The notes under the pieces: model-generated
Told to the model about the DNA's origin: nothing
The model's input: only the letters and a program-made list of their open reading frames with translations
The model's database searches: none
Part shown: in pieces, positions 1-9,500 of the stretch
Position numbering within the stretch: position 1 is the first letter of the stretch
How the letters are laid out: every line of letters begins with the position of its first letter
IMG/VR virus record: IMGVR_UViG_3300045988_050566
DNA: 61,641 bases
Origin: a virus
Strand: one strand, 5' to 3'
Program-made: the position numbers and the translations under genes

Positions 1-99
1 ACTTTTTTGTAAATCCCCGTCCAGCATATTCCATCTGAATTTCGTGTCTCCGGGGGTTAAGAAATGGTCGTCCTCCAACTGGAAACGCCTGTCGTAGTC
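1..99. repeat. 99-bp terminal direct repeat identical to 61543..61641 (circular-assembly overlap; unique genome length 61,542 bp)
   Basis: Both ends read base by base give the same string (acttttttgtaaatcccc...cctgtcgtagtc). A minus-strand reading frame runs continuously across the junction. Confidence 0.95.
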
Positions 100-989
100 G
101 TGTACTGTGTGCCCGTCCGGTTTGAAGTTTACCGGGCTGTCCAAATCCCATTTCAGGAGTAGTGCCCAAAGCTCCGGGTAGTCCTTTCGGAGCTGTCGAA
201 GCTGGTTTACTCCCTGATTGTGGCACATCCAGCACCCGTCCCGGCAGCTCGTTTCGTAGCTGGGCGCGAGTATTCCCTCGTACTTACAGTAGAGGCCACA
301 AAGCCCCTCCTCTATTCCGAACTCGACGAGCGGGGCGCGTTTCCTTTCGTTGAGCTGCCCGAAACGCTTTGGCTCGTCCGCTGCTATGCCGAGGTATTCC
401 ACGATATTTTTACCGCCCCTCGCGGTGGGGCCTCCTAAAAATCTTGTCTTGAGCTTGGTACACCATTGCCCCTTTCTGCGGAGGCTGACTGGGAATCCGT
501 AAATAGTCGATTTTGAGCTTCTTGCACCAACTCCCGATTTGTGCAGGAAAACCTTACGGGCGGGGTCTGGACGTTCTTCTTGAGGGCTGGCTGGCACCAA
601 GGCCCCCACTTGGTCGGGAATCCGAGGATTGTGCCCTGCTGTTGACAGTACCCCCCCCCCGCGTTTTTCGCTTTGCGCTGGGGGACGTGGTAAAACAGCT
701 TCTCATACGTGACCTTTTCGCCGTTCTTCATGGCGCAAAGGTGTTCTACCTCAATCCGATACTTTCGCCAGATGTATTCATCCGCCCGCGCCTTGAACTC
801 GACCATCTTTGGGTGTTCGCCGCGTATGGTGTCGGTCGCCCATACGTCCGTGGTCGTAATCCTGTCGAGCTTGAGGCCTCGGGTGAAAATAACGTCCAGC
901 ATTTTGAGGCTGTCTTTCCCGTGGCTTATTCGGGCGATGTATTGGAGCTGGTCGTTCCCTATGTGGATTTCTTCACCCAAGGCGTTCAC
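1..989 (-). pseudogene. PAPS-reductase-like PP-loop ATPase (IbrA-like) with a broken reading frame; gene wraps the circular junction
   Basis: ORF 435..989 (GTG start) carries the PP-loop motif ISHGKDS. A second minus frame, open from 702 through base 1 and on to a TAG at 61534-61536, carries YGFPVSLRRKGQWCTKLK, IVEYLGIAADEPKR and GCWMCHNQ, typical of the family C-terminus. The overlap zone 435-702 contains a G10 run (C10 on + strand, 651-660). Confidence 0.8.
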
Positions 990-992
990 CCC

Positions 993-1205
993 CTATCGGT
1001 ACTCTTTTCCTGTTTCTTTGTCCTTGAGGGTAATCCTCCCAACAACCTCGAATCCGGCCAGCTCCGCCGTCTGCTTCATCACCGGGATAAGCCTGCTGAT
1101 TACCGCGAGGCGTTCTGCGGCCTCCTGCTGCCGCTGCTCCTTGCGGATATTGCTCATGGCCTCTCCGGGTGTGGGGTCGCTGTAGCCCTCTGCGTTCTTA
1201 TACAT
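993..1205 (-). CDS. hypothetical protein (70 aa)
   Basis: ORF track. Its ATG overlaps the stop of the upstream small ORF (AATGTATAA). No motif recognised. Confidence 0.6.
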   Translation of the reverse strand: MYKNAEGYSDPTPGEAMSNIRKEQRQQEAAERLAVISRLIPVMKQTAELAGFEVVGRITLKDKETGKEYR

Positions 1206-1368
1206 TGCCGCCCTCCCGTTCGTCCGGGTGCCACCAACAATGCCCGATGTGGTATGTGTTGTCGCACTTGTCGCAGCCGTCTGCTCCCTCGAGGCAGTCG
1301 TCGGTGCCTCGCAGGTCGCAGCTCACGCAAATGCACTCCCGGCAATGCTTATCCATCTCGTTATACAT
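1198..1368 (-). CDS. small Cys-rich protein (56 aa, below ORF-track cutoff)
   Basis: Own translation: MYNEMDKHCRECICVSCDLRGTDDCLEGADGCDKCDNTYHIGHCWWHPDEREGGNV. GGAGGGAGG lies upstream of the ATG at 1368, and the stop is coupled to the next ATG. Confidence 0.55.
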   Translation of the reverse strand: MYNEMDKHCRECICVSCDLRGTDDCLEGADGCDKCDNTYHIGHCWWHPDEREGGNV

Positions 1369-1380
1369 GGGCCTCCCTCC

Positions 1381-2076
1381 TTACGTCGCGGGTTGAAGTG
1401 CCTCCGCCGCTGCGTCCATCGCTGCCTCGGTCATTTCCGCCCGCTCGCTCTCAAGCCGCCCGGCCAGCCGCTTCACCTTTTCGTCCACGGCCCGCTGCAC
1501 GTCCTTGCGGTTCCCGTAGAACATGAGGAGCTGGGTGAGCATGATGATAACGTCCGCCATCTCCTCCGCGATGTTGCTCATGGCCTTGTCGTAGCTGGGC
1601 TTATCCTTGGCCCGGTGCCGCTTGACGATGGCCTTTGTCAGCTCGGACATCTCCTCGATTGCCATTTCCTCCTGCGCCCCGGAGCCGTAGGTGTCGATGG
1701 CCTGTTGCAGCACCTCCGGCCGCATGGTGGTCGGGAGGGCGTGCGTCTCGTAGGCTTTCAGCCATTCCCGAAGCTCTGCCGCGCCCCATGCCGTTTGGTA
1801 GAACAGGGCGATAACTCCGTCCCAGTCGTCCGTCCCGTACTGTAGGTTGTCCGCGAGGATTTCGTCGAGCGTTTCGCCGTCAAGCTCCTCCATGTCCTGT
1901 GTGAGGCCGTCCTCTCCTGCGTGCTTCTCGTAAATCTCCCGCACAAGGTCGAGGAGAGGGATTTCCCGCTCGAAGTCCCTGTACCATGCCTCTCTGTCCT
2001 TGACGAACATCATGTTATGGGCCAGTTCCCACGCGGCCATGTCGCTGGTGTCGTCGCAAATTTTCCGTAATTCCAT
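1381..2076 (-). CDS. MazG-like nucleotide pyrophosphohydrolase domain protein (231 aa)
   Basis: The C-terminal half has the paired acidic helices of MazG/all-alpha NTP-PPases: AQEEMAIEEMSELTKAIVK ... NIAEEMADVIIMLTQL. Confidence 0.75.
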   Translation of the reverse strand: MELRKICDDTSDMAAWELAHNMMFVKDREAWYRDFEREIPLLDLVREIYEKHAGEDGLTQDMEELDGETLDEILADNLQYGTDDWDGVIALFYQTAWGAAELREWLKAYETHALPTTMRPEVLQQAIDTYGSGAQEEMAIEEMSELTKAIVKRHRAKDKPSYDKAMSNIAEEMADVIIMLTQLLMFYGNRKDVQRAVDEKVKRLAGRLESERAEMTEAAMDAAAEALQPAT

Positions 2077-2089
2077 GTTGCTGCCCTCC

Positions 2090-3109
2090 TCATTCTCCGA
2101 TGGTGACGTAGGCGTTCCCGCGCTTGTTCAGTTGCAGGTCTACCGGGTTCCCGCATTTCAGGCACGGGAAGTCGAAAACCTCCTCCGAGACGTTCGTCTT
2201 GTACTTGAACACGCTGCCGCACTTACATTTCAGGTACGCGGGTTTCAAGTCGCGCAGCTCTGTCCTGTGCCCGCACTCGCATTTCGAGTAGGAGGTCGGT
2301 GCCTTTGCGCAAAATCCCCGGAGTTTTCCACACTTTTCGCACTTGACGAGTAGAAAACCTTTGTAGAGCTGCGGCCCCTCCGGGAGGTCTGGCGTGACGT
2401 TGATTTTCCCGTCGTCCGGCACGGTCTCCTGCGTGTCCTTAACGTCTACGGCCCTGAAATTGCCGAACATACGCTCGACGCGGCTCTGCGGCTTGGGTTT
2501 AGGCTCCGGGGCCTTGGTCGGCTCCTGCGCCACGCTGGGAGGCGCGGCGGCGGGTTCCTGCGGTTCCTCCCCGGCGGCGTACTGGATGGCCCGCTGCATG
2601 AGGTCTGATACCCTCTCCGGCGGCATATCGAAATTCATCTCGCCAAATGGCGTTCTCATTGTGAGCTTCACAGTGTCTCCCTCCTGTATATGTATTCCAA
2701 GGCTCTTTCGGAGGGCCTTGTCTATGTTGTTGATTTCTTGCTGCGTGACGCGGCCAATGCGCCGTTGGAGCCTGCTCTTGCTCACTGTCACGATCTGCTC
2801 GCAAAGGGCGACGGACGGTTTCGGTGCCGAGCCGATGAAAACGTGCGTAGGCAGGCCGACCTTTTTCCGGGTAGTCAGGTAGACGACCTCGACGATGGGC
2901 GCAAATCTGTTCCCGATGTCGTTGCTCACGACGACCGCCGGGCGGTTTGCCGACTGCTCGCTGCCTACGGCTGCGCCCCCTACGACGAAATAGATGTCGC
3001 CCCGCTTCACACTTCCTTTCGTACCAGCAACGCCTCTTTCCCTCAATATCGCCACGGCCAGCCAATCACCATCGAAAGGTTGTATATGTACTGGCCGCAC
3101 CGCACGCAC
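2090..3109 (-). CDS. MazF/PemK-like endoribonuclease toxin domain fused to a Pro-rich linker and a Cys-rich zinc-ribbon C-terminus (up to 339 aa; true start probably internal, about 3010-3046)
   Basis: KRGDIYFVVGGAAVGSEQSANRPAVVVSNDIGNRFAPIVEVVYLTTRKKVGLPTHVFIG...ALCEQIVTVSKSRLQRRIGRV matches the MazF/PemK fold signature. The C-terminus has CEKCG, CECGH, CKCG and CLKCG motifs. Confidence 0.8.
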   Translation of the reverse strand: MRAVRPVHIQPFDGDWLAVAILRERGVAGTKGSVKRGDIYFVVGGAAVGSEQSANRPAVVVSNDIGNRFAPIVEVVYLTTRKKVGLPTHVFIGSAPKPSVALCEQIVTVSKSRLQRRIGRVTQQEINNIDKALRKSLGIHIQEGDTVKLTMRTPFGEMNFDMPPERVSDLMQRAIQYAAGEEPQEPAAAPPSVAQEPTKAPEPKPKPQSRVERMFGNFRAVDVKDTQETVPDDGKINVTPDLPEGPQLYKGFLLVKCEKCGKLRGFCAKAPTSYSKCECGHRTELRDLKPAYLKCKCGSVFKYKTNVSEEVFDFPCLKCGNPVDLQLNKRGNAYVTIGE

Positions 3110-3219
3110 ACGTCATACTTGCCCCAAAAGCCCTGCTTTTTCATGCCCCGGACGCTCCCGGTGTGGTGGATAGATGGGTGGCGGGCTTTCTCCGCCTCTG
3201 AAAGTCTTTCGTACCTCAT
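3043..3219 (-). CDS. small ORF (58 aa) directly upstream of and overlapping the MazF-like ORF; antitoxin role is speculative
   Basis: Own translation: MRYERLSEAEKARHPSIHHTGSVRGMKKQGFWGKYDVCVRCGQYIYNLSMVIGWPWRY. It has an ATGA overlap with the stop of the upstream gene (3216-3219). Confidence 0.35.
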   Translation of the reverse strand: MRYERLSEAEKARHPSIHHTGSVRGMKKQGFWGKYDVCVRCGQYIYNLSMVIGWPWRY

Positions 3220-3548
3220 GCTCCCTCTGCCTCCAATTCCGCCGCAAAAAGGGCCTCCGCAAGCTCCTTGAGCATTGCGTCAATGTCCTCCGCGTCCTTT
3301 ACCAGTTCCTTGATGGAGGGAACTCCTGCGACCTTGTTGCGCCTCGCCTCCACCCACATCTCAATATGCTCCTCTTGGTCGAAGTGGGCCGCGTACTCCT
3401 TGACGTTCTCAACGAAGTTCTCCTCGCTAACGGTAAAAGAAAAGTCCTCTCCGGCAGGGGAGTGTTTTTCCAGCTCGATATATCCATCTCCACCGTTGAG
3501 CCAGTACCAGCCCAACCGCTCGCAAATATCTCTGTATCGTTCGTTCAT
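3216..3548 (-). CDS. hypothetical protein (110 aa)
   Basis: ORF track. Stop/start coupled to its neighbours. Confidence 0.65.
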   Translation of the reverse strand: MNERYRDICERLGWYWLNGGDGYIELEKHSPAGEDFSFTVSEENFVENVKEYAAHFDQEEHIEMWVEARRNKVAGVPSIKELVKDAEDIDAMLKELAEALFAAELEAEGA

Positions 3549-3745
3549 AACTGCGCCTCCTCTCGTACCGTGTGTTCAGAAAACACGAGGTCATACCATT
3601 CCTTTCCACCGGCCCCGCAGTTCGCGCAATTCCAAGAATAAAAATAGCTCTCGTCTTGTATTCCTGAATTGCCGTAATCTAATGCGGCTTTCCCGCACAA
3701 GGGGCACACGCCAGCCTCGTTGTGCTTGTGTTTCTGTCTGCTCAT
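3545..3745 (-). CDS. small zinc-ribbon protein (66 aa)
   Basis: Paired CPLCG and CANCG motifs. ATGA-type overlap with the next gene. Confidence 0.65.
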   Translation of the reverse strand: MSRQKHKHNEAGVCPLCGKAALDYGNSGIQDESYFYSWNCANCGAGGKEWYDLVFSEHTVREEAQL

Positions 3746-3760
3746 GTCCTCGTCCCTCTC

Positions 3761-4105
3761 TTAATCTGGCAAGGCGATATACACAACGATGGCTTTCGTC
3801 CACGGGAGGGAGTTGTAGACTTCTCTGCACTCCTCCTCTGTCTCCGGCAGCTTTTCAAACTCCTCGTCAGACAGGTGCCGCTCCAAAACGTCAAATATAT
3901 CGTCGTCGCTCTTGAACACCATCCACTCGCGGTTTTTGGTTAAGAGGTATTCATCTACCCTTGCGCTGCCCCATGCGCCAAGCCAATACCCGCTGTCGTC
4001 TCCGGGTATTTCTCCGTCTACCATCGGCACCACCGGCAGCTCCGGGTTTTCCTGCATGAGCCTAAAAAGTTCCTCGCGGTTTTCGCGCTCTTTGTCTGTA
4101 ATCAT
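3761..4105 (-). CDS. hypothetical acidic protein (114 aa)
   Basis: ORF track; compact operon position. Confidence 0.65.
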   Translation of the reverse strand: MITDKERENREELFRLMQENPELPVVPMVDGEIPGDDSGYWLGAWGSARVDEYLLTKNREWMVFKSDDDIFDVLERHLSDEEFEKLPETEEECREVYNSLPWTKAIVVYIALPD

Positions 4106-4119
4106 AATGTGTCTCCTCC

Positions 4120-4761
4120 TTACTGGTTAGCCTCGAAAAATGCCTCCGCAAATCCCGGAGGGGTTATTGCCCTGAACTCCGCGTCACTCTGCGGGTCTGC
4201 GAATGACAGTTGTGGAATAAGAGCATGGGCCGATTTATGTAAATACGCAAAATTCGGTTTTCCTCTACCGGGCCGCGTATATAACGGTAATTTGTTCGGC
4301 ACGTCCTCCCATGATGTGTAAATCTTTTGTGGAGGCTTAAAGGTTCCCCATAGGTCTGTACGTTTCGTCCAAGGGTCGCCGTACTGCCACGGCTGAAATG
4401 TTGTGGCCGGTTTCCCCATGTACTCTCTCAAATATCCTACCGGGTTTTCCATTGCCCACCACTTGGGTTTGCTCTGCTGTATGATACGCAGGCAGGCTAT
4501 AACGATTTTCAGGCCCTCCTCTGGCTTCCTTTCCCTTGCCTCTGCTTTGCAGTTCAAAACCGAAAACTCCGTACAGGGGGGGGCGGCAAGTATTCCGTAG
4601 ACATTTTCCGGCGGTTCGTATTCAAGCACGTCGTAGTCCGGCAAAGTAATGTTCCGAACATCGTAACCAGCTTTTTTATAGAACCTACTCCAGCTCCCCG
4701 TTCCTCCGCACAAATCAAGTATGATTTTTGGTTTTCCTGTTCTCTCGTCAATGTTGCTCAA
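4120..4761 (-). CDS. DNA (cytosine-5)-methyltransferase, short form (213 aa, TTG start after AGGAGGG)
   Basis: Motif I ILDLCGGTGSW, motif IV AAPPCTEFS, motif VI AMENPVG. The PPC motif is encoded by a C8 run (G8 on + strand, 4576-4583). Confidence 0.8.
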   Translation of the reverse strand: MSNIDERTGKPKIILDLCGGTGSWSRFYKKAGYDVRNITLPDYDVLEYEPPENVYGILAAPPCTEFSVLNCKAEARERKPEEGLKIVIACLRIIQQSKPKWWAMENPVGYLREYMGKPATTFQPWQYGDPWTKRTDLWGTFKPPQKIYTSWEDVPNKLPLYTRPGRGKPNFAYLHKSAHALIPQLSFADPQSDAEFRAITPPGFAEAFFEANQ

Positions 4762-5719
4762 CCTTTAGCCCTCCTGTTCTCGCGTCTGTCCACGCCATCG
4801 TCATTACTGTGCTGGTCTCCCGCAGGCGGCTTATGATTGCCACAATTTTGGTATTATCAAAGCCTTTCGGGGTCAGCGCGTTCACGAGTGCGTCCGCGTT
4901 GTAGTTGGTCGTTACAATGGTCGGCTTCATATCCTCATACCGGTCGTTAAGAATGGAGTAAAGCGTGCTCATGCTCCAATCGCTGCACTGCTCCTTGCCG
5001 AGGTCGTCTATAATCAGCAGGTCTACCCGCTTGTAGATGGACAGCACCTCGTGCTCCCGCGCCCCCTCGCTGTCAAAGGACTTCTTGATGTCCATGAGCA
5101 GGTCGCTTGAGGTCTTGCAGATAACCGGGATGCCCTCTCCGATAAGCTGCAACGCAATCGCCGCCGCGAGGTGTGTCTTGCCTGTGCCGTTTGTCCCCTC
5201 TATGTAGAGGCCGTCTCCCTTGGCCCGGTGGTAGCCGAAGTTGTCCGCGTACTCCTTGGCAATCTCGTAGTTTTTCCGGCGGCCCGGCGTGTCGCATCGG
5301 AAGTTGGCAAAGGTGCGCTGCTGGAACCGCTTTTTGATGCCGCTCCTGCCGAGCAGCCGCTCAATGCGCTGCTGCATGGCCTTTCTGCGCTTTTCCTCCT
5401 CCTCTGCGGCCTTGCGCTCCGCCTCTTTTCGGTCGTACTCCTCCCAGTAGGCTTTCGCCTGCGGGCAGTCGCAGCGGGGGAGGAACGGCTGCCATATCCA
5501 CACCTCGTTGCCAAACACAATGCCCTGCGGTTCAAGGGTCTTTCCGCAATACTGGCACTTGCCCGGCTCCGGCGGGGCCTTTCGGATTTTCAGCCCCCGC
5601 TCTCGCGCCTGCTGCGGCGTAACGAGGTTACTCACTTCCCTTGAAGCCTCCCGAGGGTTTGAATCCTCCGGGGTCGCTCCCGTTCCTGCCAGTATTTCCC
5701 CTATCCGGGTAAGGGCCAT
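4748..5719 (-). CDS. DnaC/IstB-like AAA+ helicase loader (323 aa)
   Basis: Walker A GTNGTGKTHLAAA, Walker B DLLIIDDLGKE, N-terminal CQYCG zinc motif. Strong RBS AAAGGAGG 8 nt before the ATG. Confidence 0.85.
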   Translation of the reverse strand: MALTRIGEILAGTGATPEDSNPREASREVSNLVTPQQARERGLKIRKAPPEPGKCQYCGKTLEPQGIVFGNEVWIWQPFLPRCDCPQAKAYWEEYDRKEAERKAAEEEEKRRKAMQQRIERLLGRSGIKKRFQQRTFANFRCDTPGRRKNYEIAKEYADNFGYHRAKGDGLYIEGTNGTGKTHLAAAIALQLIGEGIPVICKTSSDLLMDIKKSFDSEGAREHEVLSIYKRVDLLIIDDLGKEQCSDWSMSTLYSILNDRYEDMKPTIVTTNYNADALVNALTPKGFDNTKIVAIISRLRETSTVMTMAWTDARTGGLKVEQH

Positions 5720-6497
5720 AACCGCCGCCTCCTTTGTCCTCGTAGTTACCGTCTATGACCTTCGCCATGTTGCTGTCCTTAATCAACCAGTCAAAGGTCG
5801 CCTGCCAATTTCTGTCGTTCTTCCCCTTGAGGAAGCTGCTGGCCTGTGCCCGCTGGAACAGCTCTCGAAAGCTGTCCACCGTGTACCCGTTCGCCATCCT
5901 CGCCTTGATTGCCTTTTTCCGGGCCTCCGAAAGGCTGCGCACCTTGGGGAACGATGTGCAAATCGTGTTGTATAGGTCTCGGATTTCCTCGTACACTCCC
6001 CGCGCCGGTTGCCCGCCCTCCGGGGCCGTGTCTGTCTTTTTCGGCCTGCCCCGCTTGCGCGGCTTCTCCTCCGGCTCCGGCTCGTCCGCCGGGTCTTGGT
6101 CTGCCTGCCCCTCCTCCGGGGTCGTGAATGGCTTTGACGGGGCCGACACGGTTCTCTTGGAGTAAACGTCCTGCAGGTTATCCACGAGGCTCTGGCACCA
6201 AATGACCTTGCGCTCCTGCCAAAGCTCCAAGTCGATGTTCCCCCGCAGGGCGAGCATATCCAGTATCGCGTCCGCCTGCTCCTCCGTGACCTTTGTGAGG
6301 GCGACGAGGTACATCTTGTCCGCAGGCTGGGAGCAGTCGTAGTAGTGGCCCTCGCTCCGGCCCAGCAGCTCAAGCAGCTTAAACCAAAAGGCGTACCCAT
6401 CGTTCCCCCAGCCCTGCTCAAGGATGAACTTTGTCCGGCTGTCCGTGCTGACGAAGTGCGGGAAGTAATCTACCGTCTGTTTCCTTGGTCGTCCCAA
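5628..6497 (-). CDS. replication initiator / replisome organiser (DUF4373-like N-terminus, DnaD-like phage C-terminal domain); TTG start
   Basis: After AAAGGAGG plus 8 nt, the TTG at 6497 gives (M)GRPRKQTVDYFPHFVSTDSRTKF, a typical N-terminus for this family. The C-terminus reads FLKGKNDRNWQATFDWLIK. The longer track ORF (to 6701) overlaps the SbcCD gene. Confidence 0.75.
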   Translation of the reverse strand: MGRPRKQTVDYFPHFVSTDSRTKFILEQGWGNDGYAFWFKLLELLGRSEGHYYDCSQPADKMYLVALTKVTEEQADAILDMLALRGNIDLELWQERKVIWCQSLVDNLQDVYSKRTVSAPSKPFTTPEEGQADQDPADEPEPEEKPRKRGRPKKTDTAPEGGQPARGVYEEIRDLYNTICTSFPKVRSLSEARKKAIKARMANGYTVDSFRELFQRAQASSFLKGKNDRNWQATFDWLIKDSNMAKVIDGNYEDKGGGGYGPYPDRGNTGRNGSDPGGFKPSGGFKGSE

Positions 6498-6523
6498 CGA
6501 CCGCACCTCCTTTTCGGGTGTTT

Positions 6524-6543
6524 CCGGGGAGAAAACTCCCCGG
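6524..6543 (-). promoter_or_regulatory. perfect 8-bp inverted repeat hairpin CCGGGGAG-AAAA-CTCCCCGG in the SbcCD/DnaD-like intergenic gap
   Basis: Read directly. Lies 13 nt after the SbcCD stop with no U-run after it. Part of a 19-nt string also found at 54928-54946. Confidence 0.5.
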
Positions 6544-6556
6544 ATTTCCCCGTGAA

Positions 6557-9500
6557 TTACTCGTAAATGACCTTGCTGCCCTCCGGCGTTTTCACCACGT
6601 CCACGCTCTGCGGGAATCTCGACTTCATGGCCGGGTCGTGGGTGATCGCCATTACCTTGAGGTCGCCGTACCGCTGCTGGATGGCCTCGAGCGCGTCGCA
6701 ATACGCCTGCACGCCGGGGGCATCGAGGAATGGGGGTTCGTCAATGAACAGGAATCCAAGCTGCACCCCCGCCTTGCTGCTCTTGATTTCCGAGAGCGCG
6801 AGGATAACCGAGAGGGCCGCCTTGACACGCTCACCGCCGCTCCTGCTCATGTATGGGAGCCGCCCGGTGTCGCTGTCGTTGATAATGATGTCGAGGGTCG
6901 TGACCTCTTTCTTGCTGTTGGATTTCAGCACCTTTTCCGTCACGAACTCCACGCTCATACGCCCCTGCGACATCTGGCCGAGGATATTGGTGGCCGTCGC
7001 CTCGAATACCGGGATAATGCTGCGGATGATGTTGTGGGGAATGCCGTCCTGCGAGAACGCCTTTTTCAGCTCCTCATACCCGGCGGCCTTGCCTCCCAGC
7101 TCGTTCATCTGCTCTTGCAGCTCCGCCGCCTGCTTGCGGGCGAGGCGAATCTGCCCGAGCTTTGCCTGCAATCCGCCGATGCGGAGGGAAAGCTCCTGCG
7201 CCTGCTTCTGAACGGCCTTGACCTCTGCCTCCGCCGCGTCCACCTGCGCCTGCAATTCCTCCCTGCCGACGGTCTTGCTCTGCTCGTCGGCCAGCTCTGC
7301 GCGGGCCTCCCGGATTTCTTCCCCGATTTCCGTCAGCTCCGAGCCAAGTTCCAAAATCCGCTGGGCCGCCGCCGCTTTCTGCTCCCGCGCCACGGGGAGC
7401 TGCTTCTCCTTGTCCAGCCAGCGACTCTCCGCCAAGAGCGTCCGCTGCAGCTCGTCGTAGTCCCGGCTGTAGGCTGCTGCCTGTTCGAGCTGCTGCTCGA
7501 CCGCTGCCAGCTCCGCCCGGCCTTTGGCTGCGGTGGCCTCCGCGTCCGCCACGGACTTCTCAAGCTCCGCCGCCCGTTCTTCCAGCACGGCCAGCTCGCT
7601 CCGCTGCGCCTCGAGGCTGTTGTAATCCCGTTCGGCGGCCTCGAGGAGCCGCAGAGAGGCCCGCAGCGCGTCGATTTCCTCCGGGACGTGTTTCTTATCG
7701 TCGAAAGCCTGTTGCGCCGCAGAGAGCGCGTCTGCGTTCGTCTGGCGTAGCTTCCCGTATTCCTCCTCGAGGGAGGCGAGCGCGGCCTCCTCTCCCGGCA
7801 GCGCATCTCTGGCCGCCAGTGCGTCCGCAAGGAACTTGCACGTGGCGTTGTCCGGGGCCGGACACCCGCTGTCTTTCAGCAGCTCCACCTTGCCCTTGAG
7901 CGAAGCAATTCGCCCCTCGAGGCGCGTCTTGGCCTCCCGGTAGTCGCGCTCTGTGCGCTCTGCCTCTGCCTGCCATGTCGTGAGGTTGTCCCTCGCCGCC
8001 GTGAACTCCGGCAAGAGCTTTTCCAGCTCTATGAGCTGCGCGGTGGCCGCCTCGTACTGCTGGTGCTTCTCGGTCAGCTCTGCGGCCCGCTCAATGGCCT
8101 GCGCCAGAGGCCCAATCTTCATCAGCGTGAGGGCCGCCTTTTTCTGGCGGTTGTCCTTTGCCGCGCTCTCTGCCAGTGTGATCGCGCTCTCAATCTGCTG
8201 TTTCCGGGTGGCGAGACTGTCGTAGGCTGCCTTGCCCTTAATCAGCTCTTTTTCCCGTTCCAACAGGGTCTTGTAATGCGCCACGCCTGCGTTAATCTCC
8301 GGCTCCGCTGCGAGGATGGTCTCTGCGGCGGTGATGGTCGCCACCTGCGCGGTCTTGGCGGCCTCCTTGGAGGCCTGCTGCGCCGTGAGGGTAGTAATCT
8401 TGCTGTTGAGCTTCATCACCCGCGCCGCCGCCTCGAGCTGCGTGTTGAGCTTGACCTTGAGGGTGTCCACCTCCGCCGTCTTGCTCTCCGCCTGTTCCAG
8501 CAGCCCCTTGCGCTGCGCCTCCGCCGCCTCGATTTCGGCGGCCAGCTCCTCGCTGTCCGGCAGTCCCGCCGTCAGGGTGTCCGCCTTGTCCGCCAGCGAG
8601 CGGATGGTGCGGTTGGTGTCGGTGGCCCGGTTCGCCGCCAGCTCCTCCATGCCCCCGTAGATTCCCAGCCCCAAAATGCTGCCGAGGATATTCATGCGGG
8701 CCTCTTTGTCTGCTTGCAAGAATAGGCCGTACTGGTCTTGCATGATAAGGGCGCAGGCTTTCAGCGTCAGGCTGTCCATGCCGATGATGTTGACGATTTC
8801 CTGCTGCGTGTCCTTGAACTTCTCCTTGCTGCGGTCTACCCATTCGCCCTCAACGCACTCCGCGATGTTCAGCGTCGCCTTGCCGCTTTTCTGCCGGGTG
8901 CGGGTGACGCGGTAGAGGCGGTCGCCCAGCTTGAACGTGAACTTGATGGCCCCGCTCCGGGCCTCCGGGTCGTTGCAAATCCAGCCCGTCAGCTCTCCCT
9001 CTCGCGGCTCCTCGTAGAGCGCGTCCAGCATCGCGTCCATGAATAGGCTGCTCTTGCCTACGCCGTTGCTGCCGTTGATGGTGCAGAAGCGAATACCGTC
9101 AAAGCTGAATTTCTCCTCGCGGTAGTTGCGGTAGTTCTTGACCTCAATCTCCATCGGGACGAACAACCCCGTGTGCCGCTCCTGCGTGGCCTTTTCCGTG
9201 GCCTCCGCAATCAGGGGCCGGGCCAGTTCGACCAGCTCGCCAATGCGCTCCGGCGTGAACTCCTTTTCGGCCAAGTAGTCCGCGAGATTGCTCTCCGGGG
9301 TGCCGTCTGCGTCCATGCTCCGGCGGTCTACCGTGATGGTGATTTTCTGCGGCGTAATCTCCTGTACCCAAAAGGCTCCGACGGCGTAGAGCATATTCTC
9401 GAATACGGCGTGGTTGAACGCCTTGTTATGCTCGTCGGTGCAGTCGTACAGGACGCGGACGATTTTCCCGTTGAGGTCGTCCGCCCGGTCGAGGAAGTCC

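Noticed and set aside
2090-3109. Using the track start (ATG 3109) for the MazF-like gene.
   Set aside because: The first ~22-33 codons overlap the coupled 58-aa ORF (3043..3219) and look unlike a MazF N-terminus. The conserved KRGDIY begins at codon 35. Candidate internal starts (TTG 3046, GTG 3010) have weak RBS context, so the exact start is left open rather than asserted.
4576-4583. C8/G8 homopolymer inside the C5-methyltransferase gene, considered as a phase-variation tract.
   Set aside because: The run encodes the essential Pro-Pro-Cys catalytic motif (GCC CCC CCC TGT), so it is largely explained by coding constraint. It is shorter than the G10-G11 tracts, and the gene is in frame as written.
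6524-6543. Hairpin CCGGGGAG-loop-CTCCCCGG after the SbcCD gene, considered as an intrinsic terminator.
   Set aside because: There is no U-run after the stem on the transcribed (minus) strand, and the RBS of the replication gene follows about 15 nt later. It more likely belongs to the recurring CTCCCCGG motif family than to a terminator.
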